From Octopus vulgaris (taxonomy: Eukaryota): a stretch of DNA of 64,000 nt. The translations under genes were made by a program, and so were the position numbers. The stretch is taken from positions 116,560,001 to 116,624,000 of the forward strand of contig OX597819.1 of NCBI GenBank assembly GCA_951406725.2, written 5' to 3'. Below are positions 24,650 to 38,829 of the stretch, piece after piece (position 1 is the first letter of the stretch; the number at the start of each line of letters is the position of its first letter). The notes beneath the pieces were generated by a model. The model made no database searches and was not told where the DNA came from. It saw nothing but the letters and a program-made list of their open reading frames with translations.

Positions 24650-26580
24650 CATGACATTCAACAGCCCTCTGAACCGAAGAAACTTTGTTAAGGGAACACT
24701 GAAATTCTAAAATCAAATCTTAAGTTCTTTCTCTAATTTGCAAAAACAAAAATCATCTGCACATAACCAGACTGGCCCTCTAATAGATCAAAATGCATTA
24801 TATTCTATTGACTCATTACAAATATGCGCACCCATGAGCCAACATTATAACTATATTAAACATTATAACTTATATTTAGCAAAATAGATCATAAGCCAAA
24901 TGAAGTCTTTGATCGTCAAACCTCAACTGCAGAGGCACATCGAGAAATTAACAATATTATAGATGATGATATACACACAGCTGTTGTTGACCTAGATTCA
25001 AACTCAGCATTTAGACCGGATGGTCCCGAAGACATACTGGTAAAACGAACAAAAACAGCCTCGGGAAATCATTAAAGATACTATTTCCCAGAACTCCCGA
25101 AAGACGCAATAGTAACATCTATACAAAAAGGAGATAGCATGGCTGAAGCTAAAAACTACGGAGCTGTTTCGCTCATATCTTACACATACAAAATTATCAA
25201 ACCCATTGTCCGAAAAAAATGATAATTGCATACAGTTGGTTACACACAACATGGTTTTCGGACTGGACAAAGTTACCTGCCACAACTGATACACTACCAT
25301 GACACTACCCTCAATAATCACTTGAGAGAAAAGGACACAGACTGCCTATACGCTGATTTTGCTAAGGCGCTTGGAAAGTTGTCCATGGAATCACCTGTCA
25401 TATTTTAAGAGATCTTGGTATCACAGAAACTCAGATAGTGTCTCTTTGACATCCAATGTAATAGGATTTAATCTGTTGCTGCGAATACTTTTTCTCTGTG
25501 CTAAGTCATCTGCAACATCTGCTATACCTTAGGGCACGATTCTAGCACCATTATTATTTATCATCACCTATCAGTGTCACATCTGCAGTCGTCCAACCTA
25601 AATAATTATACCGACGATACAAAAAAAAAATCGATGGCTCTCTAAACACCAGAAGACAACCTCACACTTCGAAATGAGCTGAACCCCGTCTATCAAAGGG
25701 CAGATGAAAATAATATGAAATTCAATATGTATCAAACTTTCAGATTCTTAACTACGAAGGGAATACAAACAGATCACACTATTTGGCACCAGACAATACA
25801 ATGATTCTGAGCGCTAATGAACTCTGGGACTTCAGAGTAATTATATCAAATGATGCCTCTTTCATCAGCCGCAAGCTGATCTTCTAAATGCAGACATCTC
25901 ATAGCTTGGATCCAACGAACCCTCGTGGTAAGAGAACTGGCATTTATGCGAGAGCTATGGAAAACACTTGTTCTGAAAAGATTAGATTACTGCTTCCCAA
26001 CACATCCAGTTTCATACAAGAAATTGAAGGATTATAATGAACATTCGCTACTAATTACGGTTTAAAGCCTTAATTACTGGGAACTTCTCTACTCAGCGTA
26101 TCTGTTCACTCGAACGCCGAAAAGGGAAATATACCTATCATATACATATAGAAAATCCTGGAGGGGCACGTTTGAAGATCCAGCATCAGAGATTATTTTG
26201 GTGCACGAACTGGTAGATACTGTGTGATTCCAAACATACCACCTTCAAGATCACAGCAAAAATACAATTTTGTAGTAGTTCAAAATCAGAGCAAAACGAC
26301 TATTTTGTAGCAGTCTGACATGTAATGGTCCGCAAATTTGCCACTGCTGACTTAAAGAGATTAGTTTTTTAAAAGGAACATCTACTGAAACATACAAAAT
26401 CACATTCTATAAGCTCATAACAAAGATAGCGGACAAGCCAACCATTTAGGATGTATTCAGAGATGGTCAGCTGCTACAAATTCAATCATAGACCAACTTC
26501 AACGGCAAGAAAACTGAAAGTAGTATAAAGCGGTGCTCCAGCATGGCCAAAGTCAAATTACTGAAACCGATGAATGAATA
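24650..26580 (+). mobile_element. Decayed 5'-truncated CR1-group LINE (RT remnant and 3' tail)
   Basis: QHGFRTGQSYLPQL, YADFAKALGK, a P*GTILAPLLF-like segment and YTDDTK; ends GCGGTGCTCCAGCATGGCC..CTGAAAC-(ATGA)n. Confidence 0.8.
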
Positions 26581-26680
26581 AAAGAATGTATGTATGTTTG
26601 TATGTATGTGTATATATACACTATATATACAGAAATAGAGATATAGCTAGATACTGGGCATATATATATATATATATATC

Positions 26681-26730
<50 letters not shown>

Positions 26731-27179
26731 GGTGTGTGTGTTATTCACAGTATGTTGCACCATTGATGTAATATATGAATCAGACCGTGTATTATTTTTA
26801 GATCTTTCTTTTATCGCTTCACATTTCTTCTTTGATGACATTTGCATTCTTTGAAGTATTACGTTTGTTGGAATGCTCCAGCTCAAATACTACAATCACC
26901 CTCACTCTGGCTATGAGCTTAAACATACGGAGTGAACTTTATGCTCATCTGATTATTTCTCATCTATTGTGTTTTCTTTTTACTTGTAGCCTGGATAGCA
27001 ATAATACTACGGTTCCTGTTTCGAAGTGTTTAGTCGATGAACTTCTTTTATGCTTGGTACGTATGTTTAAGGAAATTTTTGCCAAACCGCTAAGATATAA
27101 AGACACAAGCAAACAAACACCGGTTGCCAAACGGCGAAAAGCAAATTCAAAATGAGCACGCGCACACACATTGTTTCTT

Positions 27180-27779
27180 AATTTTTTACTGCCCACAAGG
27201 GGCTACACAGAGAGGGGACAAACTAGGATAGTCAAACGGATTAAGTCGATTCTATCGACCCCAGTGCGTAACTGGTACTTATTTAATCGATCCCGAAAGG
27301 ATGAAAGGCAAAGTCGACCTCGGCAGAATTTGTACTCAGAACGTAGCGGCAGACGAAATACCTATTTCTTTACTACCCACAAGGGGCTAAACACAGAGAG
27401 GGCAAACAAGGACAGACAGACGGATTAAGTCGATTATATCGAACCCAGTGCGTAACTGGTACTTATTTAATCGACCCCAAAAGTATGAAAGGCAGAGTCA
27501 AGCTCGGTGGAATTTGAACTCAGAACGTAGCGGCAGACGAAATACCTATTTCTTTACTACCCACAAGGGGCTAAACACAGAGGGGACAAACAAGGAAAGA
27601 CAAACGGATTAAGTCGATTACATCGACACCAGTGCGCAACTGGTACTTAATTTATCAGCCCCGACAGGATGAGAGGCAAAGATGACCTCCGCGGAAGTTG
27701 AATTCAGAACGTAGCGACAGAAGAAATACGGTTAAGCATTTCGCCCGGCGTGCTAACGTTTCTACCAGCTCGCCGCCTT
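27180..27779 (-). mobile_element. SINE family A trimer (one head + three ~184-bp core/tail-A units)
   Basis: Junction GAAATACCTATTTC at 27355-27368 and 27539-27552; head at 27725-27779. Confidence 0.9.
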
Positions 27780-28808
27780 TTTCTTCTCACTGTTTCTTCC
27801 TACCAATTTTATTGGTATAATGTATTCTATGAATCAATGCTGCTCTAGTAGAAAGGTGTCCAATACGCTGTGCAATGAGCTGGACTTGTAATCGGATACT
27901 TTCGAAGCGAACGTCACATCCGTGGGCATATGTTCGGTCTTGCTCAATTTTTTCAGATAATATTTTAGATGAAATTTGATCATATCGTTCCTTCGTGTTA
28001 TTGCCTTAATATCATACAGGGTACCAGACAAGCCTTTGAAGTAAATCTATATCTATATTATCTTGTTAAGTATGGTTATAAATAATATATGAGTTTACTG
28101 AAAGAATATATTTGACTATTATTTACTTCTGTATATGTAAGTGAATAAGAAAACTTTATAGATATAGATATATGGGCGTGTGTGTACGTGTGTATGAACA
28201 TATAAGTAGGTAAAGCTACCAATCATTAACTAATTTACTCCCCATTTTCACCATGAGTGCCCTCTCACTCATTTATCATAGTTAACTTATACGTTTCTTT
28301 GAACTATGAGAACTTAGATAGTTCAACTTCTTTTCTTCTAAGATATCAACACCACATGATTCCTCTTAATCTATTTTTCTCCTTATTTCACTGATAACAT
28401 AAAAAACATTAGCTCTTCCTTTTCTTAATTGCTACAAAGATAATTTTCTTTTACGTATATACTCAGTTTTGTCGACACATTGTTAACCAACCTATTCTGA
28501 TACATAACAGTGAAATGAATTACAATATCCACTGAATATCTGAGGTTTCAACACTATCATTACAATCATTTAGGGTATGTTTACCTCATAATGCACGTGT
28601 ATTCGTTATCGGAACATATGCCAAATTAATGGATACATCATGTAATAAAAGCACTTGAATCAATTCTCTTCTGTAATTCTCTTAACTATATGTTTGTGTG
28701 TGTGTGTGTGAGTGTAGGTGTAGAATAGCTGTAGCTGCCACGCAGTGGGACTGAACCCGGAATATCTGGTTCAGAAGCAAAATTCTTACGAGAATGCTAC
28801 GCCTTCAC

Positions 28809-28843
<35 letters not shown>

Positions 28844-29556
28844 TGCGTTGCTTCCTTTAAACAGCAGTATGCTAGATAGACTCCAATACTGGACTACATA
28901 TATTGTACTGTTTATCTTATAAAGATACATTAAATCTATTTTTTATGCCGTTCTAACTTTAAGTTTCATAATAATTTGTTTATAATTAGGATTTCATTAT
29001 GAGAAGTATTCATTCCATTACAAAATATATTTATGATGCTGTCTGGTTCTAGATGAATCCTGATGTAGCTGACGTCTGATAAAATGTATTGAAGCATTAA
29101 GTACCCCGTTAATTGCTGCAATGTTTAAACCTTCATTATCACATGTAAATTTTACCTTTATTGAGAAAATTACAATCTCAAATATTGTCAAGGCAAACGG
29201 AGCCAAATAATCTGTTTCCAATATATATGCTGTGATTAAGTGACTTCATTGTGTCCCTTGATATAAAGGTATCTCCACAGCGAATCGACTATCATTAGAT
29301 TTGTCGACACTTCAACAAGGGTTGCATTATAAAATTGCGATTCACTTATCACTTAATTTATTAACTTAATTCTGCTCGAACCATTTCAAAATTCAATTTG
29401 GAACATTTTGTGAACGTGTTTATCGAGAGCTTATTTATTTTGAAATGGTTAAGATGTAGATAAGCAGGTGAACGGACTGATGGACTGGTGGAACTTTCGC
29501 AGACAGATTGTTAGGAAGGCAGGTAAGTAGGAAGGCAGGTAAGTAGATAAATACAA

Positions 29557-29597
<41 letters not shown>

Positions 29598-29790
29598 GAG
29601 AGAGAGAGGGAGAGGTCGATAGACAGACAGAAAGGCAGACAGACAGAAAGATAGATAGACAGATAAACTCAAGCGATAAATGAATACATAGGTATATATG
29701 TATGTACACATACGCACACAAATGTATATGCACCTATGTGTTCGCATATATGAATAGATTCAGAAATATATACATACACATACTGACTCA

Positions 29791-29866
29791 TGTATGTATG
29801 TATGTATGTATGTATGTATGTATGTATGTATGTATGTATGTATGTATGTATGTATGTATGTATGTA
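29791..29866. repeat. (TATG)n tetranucleotide microsatellite
   Basis: Directly visible. Confidence 0.95.
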
Positions 29867-30477
29867 TCTATATGTGTGTATGTATGTACGTATGTATGTG
29901 GCTGCGTAGCGTGAATATAAATATCTATTTACTCAGAAATTTGCTCGTATCCTAGTTGTGAGCAACTATATGTTTACGACATCTCTATGATCTATATTTC
30001 GGAACAGTTATCTGAAGTGAAATCAAGAGATTGGTAACATAGACTACGTTTGCAATGTATCGCAAGCGTAAACTATGATACGAATTGTCTCTCAGATACG
30101 AAATTTTACGAGTTTGAGCGATATACTTGAATTTCTCTGTTGCACACTTTTATTTTCACTTTAGTAGTATTGATTCTGTTATTGTCTGTTGATTTAAAAA
30201 GATTTAGTCCTTATACCACAAAGCTACATTCACATTATGGCTTCGTTCGTTATATTAGAGTTTGTATATACTTTCACCATGAAATCTCAGCTAACACCTC
30301 TCCTTTTTCTGAGCTTATCATTATATACTCATTGAAAAGCTGCTCCACATTCGTCACTAATTTCCTCTTCAGAAAGACAAACATGTCGATTATCTCTGAA
30401 CAAGTAGTCTAGACAATCCTTCAAATAAAGCCATTCAAAAATGTCAACGTGATCTTTGATAGCTTGCAGAGGACATG

Positions 30478-30781
30478 AGTACATGGCTTAGTGGTTCAGG
30501 CTTTCAGCTCATGATTGTAAGATCGTGAGTTCGATTCCCGGCGACGCGTTCTGTCTTTGAGCAAGACACTTTATTTCACGTTGCTCCAGTCCACTCAGCT
30601 GGCAAAAATGAGTGTACCTGTATTTCAAAGGGCCGGCCTTATCACACTTTGTGTCACGCTGAATCTCCCTGAGAACTATGTCTGTGGATTGCTCAGTCAC
30701 TTGCACGTTACTTTCATGAGCAGGCTGTTCCCTTGATCGTATCAGCTGGGCCCCTCATCGTCGTAACCGACAGAGTGCTCC
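30478..30781 (+). mobile_element. tRNA-derived CORE-like SINE family D
   Basis: TGGCTTAGTGG A-box, GAGTTCGATTCCC B-box and CTTTGAGCAAGACACTT core; paralogue on the minus strand at 41949-42250. Confidence 0.85.
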
Positions 30782-30869
30782 TTATATATATGTATAAATT
30801 AGATATTGGCCCAGGCTATGACTAACTGAATAGCCAGTATTTTGTATGCCATTACGTACTGAGTTCATA

Positions 30870-30924
<55 letters not shown>

Positions 30925-30946
30925 CGTATATATGTATACATATAAT

Positions 30947-31015
<69 letters not shown>

Positions 31016-33030
31016 TATGTAAATACATATATATATATGCATATGTGTGTGTAAATATACACACACACACACATATATATATATGTATATATATTTATAT
31101 TATTATATTTATATTTTTATATGATCGAACACCACGCATCCTTTTCCAAGTTTTATCTTAATAATTACGATGCGCACTCTTCTTCTCTACTATCTCTTCT
31201 CTGTCTATATCTCTCCCTCTCTTGTTCTTCATCTTTTCTGGCTTTCTCTCCCACCCTTCCCTATTCTTCTCCTCTCCCCTTCACCGTTCCCTCCCTCTCA
31301 CTCCTTCTTCTCGACTCTTTCGTGGCTGACACGTGATGAGAAGGAATCTATCATTCTGACTACTACGTTCAGAATAATTTTTCAATCGCCTTGGCTTAAC
31401 AACCCTCATCGTTTGTTTTTTATGTTTTGTTCTCATTGTTCTGACTTCTTTTTACGTTTTTATTGTTTTTACTGTTTTGTTCTCACTGTCCTGTTCTTGT
31501 TACCACTTTCAGCCTCCGCAAAAAATCCCAAATTTTATTTAATTTGCTTTGCGGGAAGGACTGTTTCAACGAAGCCGCGTCTTGTCCTTACCTTCGAAAT
31601 GTGGAGTAGTTGAAACAGGGACAACTGAAGAAGGGGAATATTCTTTATCTTGTATGTCTCGTTTCTCTGTTTGTTTGTTTTTCGTTCTCCGAAAAAAATG
31701 CGTTTCTTTTCTTCTTTAGTTTTTATGGTTTCGTTTCTCATTGTGTTCAACGTTCTTTTGGTGACCTGTATCCATATATGTATGTATATATACATATATA
31801 TATATATGTAGGTATGTACATATATGTATGTATATATGCATATATTTATATATTATTTATATTATACATATGCATAACTACCACAGAACAGAATAGAAAA
31901 AGCCAGTGCCTAGGTTAGGATATTAATATGTACGACTCATAACTTTTGGACAGTCAGATCATCTCCTAAACGTTACAGACACAGGGATTTGTAGTTGCGA
32001 ATTACAAACATTGTGCTAGCATTTCAAATGGGCAGCGCAACGCTACAATTGATACATCTTGCAAAATCAGAAACCGTATGGGAGAATTGGCATACCATTC
32101 TCTAACAGGCTAAGTGTTTAGAAAAGTCTTGTGTCTATTGTGTTAGAGTCGCTGCAAGAAATTCTTTGCTTGAAGATTATGGAGCAAAGAGATGCTATGC
32201 CTATTGAAAGCTAGTGTAAGGGAAGTTTTGCTTTAATCTGGGGTGGATTGGATTTAATTCATAATTTAGACTGAATAACAGGAATGAAAGATTGTCTGAA
32301 TGAATTCTTTACGAGATATCTGAAAGATATTGTAGTCATTTTCCATTTTCTTCATAAAAGTTCTGACAGCAAAACAGGAGCCAGTAAAACCTACCAGAAC
32401 TATGTTTCTTACAATTCGATATCATCAAGGAAGCGTTTCAAAGTAGCCTAATTAACCTAACAGACTTTGCCAACAATTTATATTTTGTTCCAAAAGGAAG
32501 TTCAGTAGATTGATACGGCATTTCTCAGAGTATTAATGAAAGCATTATACTGAAAGGTGATGACGTCAATGAATATAGTGTGATAGGCCAGATGGAATTT
32601 GTGTCACTACGTGATGAATTAGTTTCCTATTTTGCTGATATTAATGAATTTTATCATCAACTCATGCAAACAACTATTAGAATTAATCTTACCTAAGGTA
32701 CAGACAATATTCAAAATACGTTTGTGGTACATATAAATGACTTTAGAGACTAATTCTTCTTCTGGAAATCTTCACTAATAAAATCCAGTGATCTAGAGTC
32801 ATATGTTTCTAATCTTTGTCTAAAACTTTGCTTGGTAATTTGGTTTGTTGTTGTTAAATAGTTTACAAAATAACGAAGTTTTTTATCTGGGACACGAATA
32901 AACAAAACAAAATTTCTGCTAATCTGGCAACAGGGAATCATGAAGTGTTTTGGGAGTAGATTACAGATAATGACTACAAAAATATAATTGTTTTACATGA
33001 AAGCGAAATTTCTTGTCAGAAACAACCACG

Positions 33031-34253
33031 TAATGGTGTAAGGAAATTGAAGGAAGATGTTGAAACTTCCCCACTGCTCAACAGCAAAGGGAGTTATTTT
33101 TCTCTGAGAGAAAAGCTAACAAAGCTCCTTTATTCTATCTTCCCACATATCGTGCACATAAACTAACAGCGAATGCTGCATAAAGTTAAATTGGTATGGA
33201 GCTTCCTGAAAGATACGTATAGCTTTCGCTAGTTGAAGTGAAACCCTTATTTAAAGGTTGATTTTTTGGGACGAATTTGAGTGTTTAAAAAGGGCTAGAA
33301 TGACAATTCTAAAACCTATTTGAAACAATGGACAGCAGTTAAAGAAGCCTCCTTAAAGTGAAACAACGGTATCAAAGGTAAAAAAAGGTATCAACAATCA
33401 GAAGAGAGGGAAGGGAACATCGCCTTTCAAGTAACTCAGAATAGGTAAAGGTAAGCTTGCCAAAGTTTAATGCAGTTTCGATAGGTAGATTAAGATAGTT
33501 TGGTATTGGATATTCGCACGTATAGTTTTCCTAGTTAACTGAATCACCGTCGTAAGTGGACAGTAGAAATAAATAGACTAAATCCTTTCACTTTTATAAG
33601 AAGATTAAAAAGAAAACAGGGCAAAAAGCATTCACGTCACACATAATGGTGTAAGGAAATTGAAGGAAGATGTTGAAACTTCCCCACTGCTCAACAGCAA
33701 AGGGAGTTATTTTTCTCGGAGAGAAAAGCTAACAAAGCTCCTTTATTCTATCTTCCCACATATCGTGCACATAAACTAACAGCGAATGCTGCATAAAGTT
33801 AAATTGGTATGGAGCTTCCTGAAAGATACGTATAGCTTTCGCTAGTTGAAGTGAAACCCTTATTTAAAGGTTGATTTTTTGGGACGAATCATATGTGAGT
33901 GTTTAAAAAGGGCTAGAATGACAATTCTAAAACCTATTTGAAACAATGGACAGCAGTTAAAGAAGCCTCCTTAAAGTGAAACAACGGTATCAAAGGTAAA
34001 AAAAGGTATCAACAATCAGAAGAGAGGGAAGGGAACATCGCCTTTCAAGTAACTCAGAATAGGTAAAGGTAAGCTTGCCAAAGTTTAATGCAGTTTCGAT
34101 AGGTAGATTAAGATAGTTTGGTATTGGATATTCATCACGTATAGTTTTCCTAGTTAACTGAATCACCGTCGTAAGTGGACAGTAGAAATAAATAGACTAA
34201 ATCCTTTCACTTTTATAAGAAGATTAAAAAGAAAACGAGGGCAAAAAGCATTC
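33031..34253. repeat. ~605-bp tandem duplication (33031-33633 and 33644-34253)
   Basis: Two near-identical copies, differing at about four sites (mostly indels), separated by 10 nt. Confidence 0.93.
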
Positions 34254-34269
34254 GTTTTTTCACAAATGG

Positions 34270-34445
<176 letters not shown>

Positions 34446-35229
34446 ATGTTTGTGTATGTGTCTATGTACTTACGTGTGTGTGTGTGAGTGTGATGTGTGT
34501 TCACACGTGTGTACGCACGTGGGTGCGTGAATGTACACGTGTGCTAAATGATTATTTAATGGAACATATAAGAAAATAAGTTCTGGTAATCGAAGCACGT
34601 TTAAGTAACTCTGGGGATAAAAGACCAAAAAGGAATGGAAGAACAGGCGATAAAAATGAAAACATGAAAAGGAAGGAGGCAAAATATATAATTACATATG
34701 AATACGAATCAAAATATTTCATTTCCACACGAAATAAATTGAAATAGTTTAGATCTAAGCAAGTACTTTTGCGAAACTGATTATAAATAGATTTTACTGG
34801 TCATGATCATTATAAAATATATTTAGTTTGTTTCGCATCTGGCGATATAGAACGTGACTTTGGCTGCCATAAAATTATATCGAATTCGAATTAGGTCAAC
34901 ACTACCATAATATGTTTTCCAAGCACGTGCTCTTGGTAGTTTTCTTTCAATTATTTTTGTTTACCATTCCTTCTTGTAACTCCGTTTCTTACTCTTGGTC
35001 TCCACACGTTATGTCTCTTCATCTCTCACACATTAAATATTTATATTTTCATTCGATATTCTTACATATTAATTTCTTTTTTATATGCAAACGACACGGC
35101 TGTAAATCACACATATGTGAATCAAGGAATAGTGATCGACAAAAATGTGGCAGAAAACTGGACAGTAGACAATAATGCTGCGCAAGAACGCATTACAACA
35201 TCAATCCTTTCATCATATTAGAAATATCA

Positions 35230-35628
35230 GGCGTAGGAGTGGCTGTGTGGTAAGTAGCTCGCTTACCAACCACATGGTTACGGGTTCAGTCCCAGTGCGT
35301 AGCACCTTGGGTATGTGCCTTCTATTCTAGCCTCGGGTCGACCAAAGCCTTGTTAGTGGAATCGGTAGACGGAAACTGAAAGAAGCCCGTCGTATATATG
35401 TATATATATATGTGTGTGTGTATGCCAGTGTGTCTCTGTCTGTCCACCCAACATCACTTGACAACCAATGCGGTGTGTTTACGTCCCCGTAACTCAGCGG
35501 TTCGGTAACAGAAACGAATAGAATATGTACTGAGCTTACAAAGAATAAGTCCTGGGGTCGATATGCTTCACTAAAGGCGGTGCTCCAGCATGGCCACTGA
35601 AATAAGTAAAAGAGTAAAGAGAGTAAAG
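35230..35628 (+). mobile_element. SINE family B, full length
   Basis: Head GGCGTAGGAGTGGCTGTGTGGTAAG; tail GGCGGTGCTCCAGCATGGCC..GTAAAAGA repeats. Confidence 0.9.
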
Positions 35629-36275
35629 TGTATATCGATGTACTTTGCACAGTAATTATATATGCATGAATGTGTGTGAGCGAATGTATGGTTGTGTTAT
35701 GTGTATGTGTGAATGTGTATGTGTGTATGTTTGTGTACGTGTGTGGTGCGTTTGTGAGTGTTTATGTGTGAGTGCGTGTGCATGTGGGCGCGTATAAGTT
35801 CGTAGTTATATAAAGGTTGAGAGGAGTATTTAATTATCAGTATATTACTCTCTTCAAACCAATTAAAAGTTTAATATTTCTTGTAAATCACCCATGTGCT
35901 GATAAAAGGCTAACACAAGAAATTAAAAGACATGTTACCCTAGTTGTCAAAGGTGCAGAACACCCCGATTTAGAGATTGCAAACCTTCTAGATACAGCAA
36001 GATGTTTTGCTCACGATGTTCCGATGAAAATGGAGGACTCCTGTGGGGAAGTTTTAAAGAGGAAAGCCACTCTCAATATTGGGATACTATAAGTAACTTG
36101 CAGTTTCAGCAACGGGTTTCAGACATTTTCGGTGGTATTCACGGAGAAACAATGGGGGCCACCGCTAAAGAACTTCAGGCGTTGGATTAGACTAATAGAA
36201 ATGTAGTGCAAGAGAACATTCGATACAAGCAATAAGTCTTATGAACCGGGGGAAGGTTAGGAGATGTTTGAAACG

Positions 36276-37271
<996 letters not shown>

Positions 37272-38330
37272 GTTTCACTGTTATCGATGGGAAATAAAGA
37301 AGAGGGGTAAGTCTAGGCTGATTTAAAGCTGTAGCTTCATCTAAATAACAGAAAAAAAACCCCAAACATTGACTTATTTGCGCTTCTAGACCGCCGGGAC
37401 ACAGGAAATTTGAATACATCAATGACGAGCAGTTTAGATTTGTTAAAATATGTTTATGACATACTTGAACTTCGAAAGGCAAAATTCATTACTATTACCG
37501 TTGAGAAGGTGCTTTTACACCTTATTACGATAAGTGTATTTGAAGTGTATTCGCCTTTAGAATTTGGAACATATCGCGAACACATTTTAACTAAGCTGAA
37601 CTTCGCATGTATTTATATGTACGCATTCACTCATAAGCATAATCACACATAAGCACATTCACAAAAGATATACATATGCACAAAAACCACACGCACGTAG
37701 ACAACCATACACACGCATATACGCACGCACACACACTCACACACAAACGCAAACAGACGCATAATTAACAGATTAACAGATTATTGTTTCCGTATGTTGA
37801 GTCAGTTTCACCTCAACATTCCTATCAGACAATCTCAATGACCTTTCCATTTGTTCAGATATTCCTCTTGATAAATTAAAAACTTTGAACTAAATTTCTT
37901 CTTTTATATCTATGACAAGAATGTGAGATGACATTTTCTGGTTTCTGACGTTTTTGCCCACACAATACCATGTGTCGTTGCGGTTAAATGTTGTTGGTTT
38001 TTGCCTTATTTTGTCCTTATTCTGGATTAGGCACTACTGTGAATGCATTAAATTTTTCTATCGAGTACGAGTAAGGTACATAACAAGCGGCGACATGGAT
38101 TTCTACAGACAGCGTAATCTCTCTTAATACTGCGGCACATGTATGTCTTACATAACATATATTTATCTCTCGTGTTTACGTACAGTATATTGACAGAACG
38201 TGAATCGTGGATCTGTGCATTGTCTTCTTGCCAGCTCTCAGGAATAGGTTCGTTCGTATAGCGGACCATGTCACCTATATGGTTTGTGGTAGCATCTTCA
38301 CATGTATTATATTAAATGGTGTAACTGTAA

Positions 38331-38372
<42 letters not shown>

Positions 38373-38392
38373 TTGTTATATATATATATATG

Positions 38393-38424
<32 letters not shown>

Positions 38425-38829
38425 TACTGGATTGATTGGATACATCACGAGATATATCTGTGAAACTCCGTAAGTCTGCTGAGAACCAAAAACTACTTGT
38501 TAACTCTATAACTTTATCACACTCAATACACATTGACTCACCCATTGTCAGTGGAAAGAAGTTGCATACAGCTGAGTTTTCAGTCAGTTGATAATTACAA
38601 TCTTTGAAATGACTTTCTACACTTGCAGCACCGTGTGCTATCTTTGATGTTCTAATGACAGCAGTTCCACAAAGGTTTCGAGTCTGCTTGAGAGTTCTAC
38701 CTTCTGTTTCTCCAGGTAAGCAAGCTAAAATGTCAGAAATTAGTTTGAGACCTCGCCAGGGGAAGTTTTAACGTATTGAAATATGTAACAGAAATATATT
38801 ATTAACGTAAAGTTCGTTTATGCTACATC

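Noticed and set aside
27180-27779. Regularly spaced repeats superficially like a CRISPR array
   Set aside because: The units are whole ~184-bp SINE modules with no unique spacers; the context is eukaryotic and there are no cas genes.
31920-33630. Possible ancient Penelope-like RT on the minus strand (LETYDSRSL, RKLHTN)
   Set aside because: The motifs are too decayed to call by eye; a profile search is needed.
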